Positions 60,918 to 64,000 of a DNA stretch of 64,000 nucleotides are shown in pieces. Position 1 is the stretch's first letter. Every line of letters begins with the position of its first letter. Origin of the DNA: Dictyostelium discoideum. Lineage: Eukaryota. The notes under the pieces were generated by a model. The model worked only from the letters and a program-made list of their open reading frames with translations. It was not told the origin of the DNA and did no database searches. The DNA is taken from the NCBI GenBank assembly GCA_000004695.1, contig CM000150.2:3104001-3168000 (forward strand). Reading direction: 5' to 3'. The translations under genes were made by a program, and so were the position numbers.

Positions 60918-61853
60918 TTACAATTGATAGTTTGTCATTGGTTGAATTTGTTGTTTGTAACATTGATATTCATTTGGATTATGAAACACATAGGCAGTTC
61001 TAATATAGGTTGGGTATTCAATTATTAATGAAGTTTGGTTATATTCAAATTCTCCATCACCTTTTTCTTTCTTCTCAAAGACACCTTTAAAAATTAATGG
61101 ATTGTATTTTTGACTTAATACACCAAAAAAGTTTTCATATCCTTGTTCAATACTCTATAAAAATATATATATGTATATTAATATATTTTATAAATTATTT
61201 TTATGTTTATTTTTTTATTTTTTTTATTTTATTCTATTTTTTTTCTTTATACATACAATTTTAATTTCAGTATTTTTGGTAAAAAAGAAATATAATACTT
61301 TTGAAATTAATGCAATTAAAAATAATAATACACTAACTACTACAGCTGCCCTATATAATTTAGCGATTATAAAAAATACTAATATTGAAATAAAACAAGC
61401 CAAGAATATCCAATCAAAAACTTTAAATTTAATTCTATTTTTAAATGATGAAAATGATGATTTTTCAAATAATGCTTCATTGGAAATATTATTTATTAAA
61501 TCAATAACTTCAATATATTCTTGTGGATTTATGTATGGCGTTAATTCACCATAATAAACATTATTATCAAACAATAATGTTTTTTTACTTTTATTTAATA
61601 CCAATACATTATTTAATTGTTGTTGTTGTTGTTGTTGTTGATTTTGTGCTTGGATTTGATAGACTTGTGAAGTTGGTTGATGATTTGTTTTTGAGAGTGG
61701 TTGTGATGGTAGTGGTGGTACTGATTGTGAAATTGTACCATAATTAACATTTATATTTCTTTGTGATTTGTTTAATAATAATGGAATATTTAAAATTACA
61801 TCACTTTCGCCACTATTTATATTTTGGTTATATGTATTAATATTAGTGTTCAT
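60918..61853 (-). CDS. Family member D (about 277 aa). Exons 61257..61853 and 60918..61154; intron 61155..61256 (GTATGT donor).
   Basis: ORF 61224..61853 ends at a canonical donor right after ...FTKNTEIKI. Exon 2 (SIEQGYENFFGVLSQKYNPLIFKGVFEKKEKGDGEFEYN...) follows a tttttatag acceptor. It contains the PQEYIEVIDLINN motif shared with the 5.1 kb paralog. Confidence 0.55.
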
Positions 61854-62723
61854 TTAATTTATTTTGTTTTAATTTAATATTTTATTTTATTTTATTTTAT
61901 TAATTTATTATTTTTTATTTTATTAATTTATTTATTACTTTTTTACTACTTTATTTTTTAATCCCTATAAAAAAAATAAAAATAAAAACATTTATATATA
62001 AATTTTAAAAATTAAATTTAATTAAAAATAAAAATAAATCTTATTATTTAATTTAAAAAAATTAAAAAAAGAAAATCCTGGTCCAACTGAAAATTGAAAT
62101 TTAATTTTTTTTTTTTTTTTGTTTTTATATTTGTTTTTTTTTTTTTTTTTTAAACTTCGAAGTTACCAGGTTTAAGCCTGGATTATAAAATAAGTTATTT
62201 ATTATCATAGGACATTTAGATATTTTAAAGATTCAAACTTGAGTTGCAAAAAAATTTTAGAAAACTAATTTTTCAATTTTTTTAAAAATAATAAAAACTT
62301 ATTTATAAATTATTAAAATAAAAAGGAACAAAATAAAAAAAGTGTTAAATAAGGAATTATATATTATAAATTTTTAAAGAAAAAAAAAAAAAATTAAAAA
62401 AAAAAAAAAGAGGCTAAAAAAAATAAAAAAAAAAGGAATTAAATAAAAAAGAGGAAGGAAATTATTATTTTTTTTTTTAGGCTTTTAACTTTAAAATCCA
62501 ACATTAAAAAAAAAAAGTAAAAATTAAAAATTAAAAATAATTAATAACGGTATTATTTTTAAATGTTACAAATTTATTTATTTATTTCCTTTATTGTGTT
62601 TTTTTAATTCAAAATTATTTTTATTATTAAATAAAGTGAAATCAAAACTAGTTTTTGAAAATTAAATTTATTTCCAAAAAATTTTTTTTTTTTTTTTATT
62701 ATTACAAAAAGAGAGTTTTAAAA

Positions 62724-64000
62724 TCAACATGTATATTGAACTCCTTCGAGGTCAGATAATTCAGCAGATTTAACAATATAACCAAAGGTATGGGACCCAC
62801 CAACTGGAATTGTTGAGAACCAACTTGGTAATTTATAGGTATTGGTTCCTGTTTTTTCAACTGACCAAATTTGTTCAGCATCAGAATAAAAATTAAAAGA
62901 TGAAATTGGAGTTGAACCTTGGTTAACAATAGTAGCCTCAACTTGTATATAATGATCAACTTCACCATTAATCCATGAGTTGATAACTTTTTGTTGGACT
63001 TGGGCTAAACAAGAAGTACCAGTGGTTGGTGGTGGAGTAATTGGTGGTTGAGTTTCTGATGATGATCCACTTCCTTCACTTGAAGAACTTGATGGTGTTG
63101 GGGTTGGGGTATCAGTTTCAGTTGGTGTTGGGGTTTCAATTTCAGATGATGAACCACTATCTACATCACTAGATGAGCTTGATGGTGTTGGTGTTGGAGT
63201 TTCAGTTTCAGTTGGAGTTTCAGTTGGAGTTTCAGTTGGAGTCTCAGTTGGAGTCTCAGTTGGAGTCTCAGTTGGAGTCTCAGTTGGAGTCTCAGTAGGA
63301 GTTGGAGTTGGACTTGATGAATCTGAACATGTTGGACTTAAAGCAAATGTAACATCAGTACTATTTCTAGAGATATAACCAAAGATAATGGTTTCCTCTG
63401 GATTGATTGGACCAGCTTTTCTATAGGTTGGAAGAGTGAGTGAAGTTCCATCATAAACCAATTCCCAAGTATGGTAAATTAAAGAGTTATCATTTGGAGT
63501 GAGAATAACAGACTCAACTGAAAGTGTACCAATATTTGTTAAATTTACTTGATAAACGGTGTAAATAATATTATCATATGTCCAAGAATCAAATGCATCT
63601 TGAGTGATTGTTAATAAACATTCTACGCCATTTTCAATTGAAGATGATGAACCATAACCACCACTATTAGAGGATGAATCAGTTGTAGGTGGTGAAGTTG
63701 GATCGATTATTGACCCACTTGAAGTTGTGATAGCTGGTGAAGTTGTAGTTGAAGTACCTACACTGCCATCGGAATTATCGGAAGAAGAAGAAGTAGTAGT
63801 GGTAGCAGAACCTGTCGTCCCGCTATTGCCAGTTGTGGAACTGGCGCCTCCATTAGAACCATCAGTAATTGGTTCTCCTGTTGTTGTTGTAGCACTACCA
63901 CCACTTGTAGTAGTTGAGGCTGAAGTTGTTGAAGTTGGAGTGGAAGGGGTTGAACTACCATCAGTTGTAGTTGATGAAGTTGTTGTAATCGGAATTTGAC
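62724..64000 (-). CDS. Secreted or cell-surface protein with two CBM49-like (Dictyostelium-type cellulose-binding) domains separated by a (T-E-T-P)n / Ser-rich mucin-like linker. The S/T/G-rich region upstream runs off the window end (5'-partial).
   Basis: ORF 62724..63461 continues in frame with no stop from 63462 to 64000 (verified codon by codon; it lacks ATG, GTG and TTG codons, which is why the ORF track misses it). Domain motifs: ...WTYDNIIYTVYQVNLTNIGTLSVESVIL... and ...INSWINGEVDHYIQVEATIVNQGSTPISSFNFY...LPSWFSTIPVGGSHTFGYIVKS...C. Confidence 0.6.
   Translation of the reverse strand, partial: QIPITTTSSTTTDGSSTPSTPTSTTSASTTTSGGSATTTTGEPITDGSNGGASSTTGNSGTTGSATTTTSSSSDNSDGSVGTSTTTSPAITTSSGSIIDPTSPPTTDSSSNSGGYGSSSSIENGVECLLTITQDAFDSWTYDNIIYTVYQVNLTNIGTLSVESVILTPNDNSLIYHTWELVYDGTSLTLPTYRKAGPINPEETIIFGYISRNSTDVTFALSPTCSDSSSPTPTPTETPTETPTETPTETPTETPTETPTETPTETETPTPTPSSSSSDVDSGSSSEIETPTPTETDTPTPTPSSSSSEGSGSSSETQPPITPPPTTGTSCLAQVQQKVINSWINGEVDHYIQVEATIVNQGSTPISSFNFYSDAEQIWSVEKTGTNTYKLPSWFSTIPVGGSHTFGYIVKSAELSDLEGVQYTC

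Overview
This is an AT-rich, intron-containing eukaryotic window, and every sequence feature points to Dictyostelium discoideum. The evidence is AT-rich intergenic DNA; short introns with GTAAGT, GTATGT or GTAAAT donors and poly-T...AG acceptors; CAA-encoded poly-Q and AAT-encoded poly-N tracts; and long homopolymer and trinucleotide repeats. There are no prokaryotic features such as CRISPR arrays, operons or bacterial promoters. Locus assignment (chromosome 1) is from memory and unchecked: it rests on lvsA and pyd2 being adjacent with neighbouring accession numbers. Exon coordinates were derived by hand from splice motifs and reading-frame continuity and are approximate to within a few bases.

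I reconstructed about 20 protein-coding genes.
- 1-4214 (+): the 3' part of a type I iterative polyketide synthase (ER-KR-ACP plus a terminal reductase-like domain).
- 5107-5977 (+): a 2-TM membrane protein gene that is the fifth member of a family whose other four members lie in tandem at 55.7-61.9 kb on the - strand.
- 6201-7553 (-): a 3-exon SLC35B1/HUT1-like nucleotide-sugar transporter.
- 8.6-15.1 kb: a Dictyostelium-specific multigene family with one intact copy, one frameshifted and stop-containing copy, and a fragmented third copy carrying an inverted segment.
- 15127-26279 (-): a BEACH/WD40 neurobeachin-like gene that reconstructs with 4 exons to exactly 3619 aa, consistent with lvsA.
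- 27550-30161 (+): a 2-exon acidic protein of unknown function.
- 32926-37488 (+): a Q/N-rich RhoGEF (C2H2 zinc finger, IQ motif, DH and PH domains), with a probable 13-nt 5' micro-exon.
- 37822-40837 (-): an 8-exon gene that merges several ORF-track fragments, with a WD-like N-terminus and a Cys-rich zinc-ribbon C-terminus; possibly TFIIIC subunit-like.
- 42250-43915 (+): a RING plus TPR plus Q/P-rich gene with an unresolved frame discontinuity.
- 44640-45056 (+): a saposin-like secreted protein.
- 46646-47839 (+): a secreted protein with an SdrD-B/Cna-B-like domain.
- 48348-49799 (+): a 5-exon METTL18-like histidine methyltransferase.
- 51421-53129 (+): a 2-exon M20 peptidase.
- 53203-54848 (-): a 2-exon dihydropyrimidinase (pyd2), convergent with the M20 gene and separated from it by only 73 bp.
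- 62724-64000 (-): the 3' part of a gene for a protein with two CBM49-like Dictyostelium-type carbohydrate-binding domains and a (TETP)n mucin-like linker; the gene runs off the window end.

Many ORF-track entries are antisense or frame-shifted readings of CAA, AAT or ATA repeats and were rejected.
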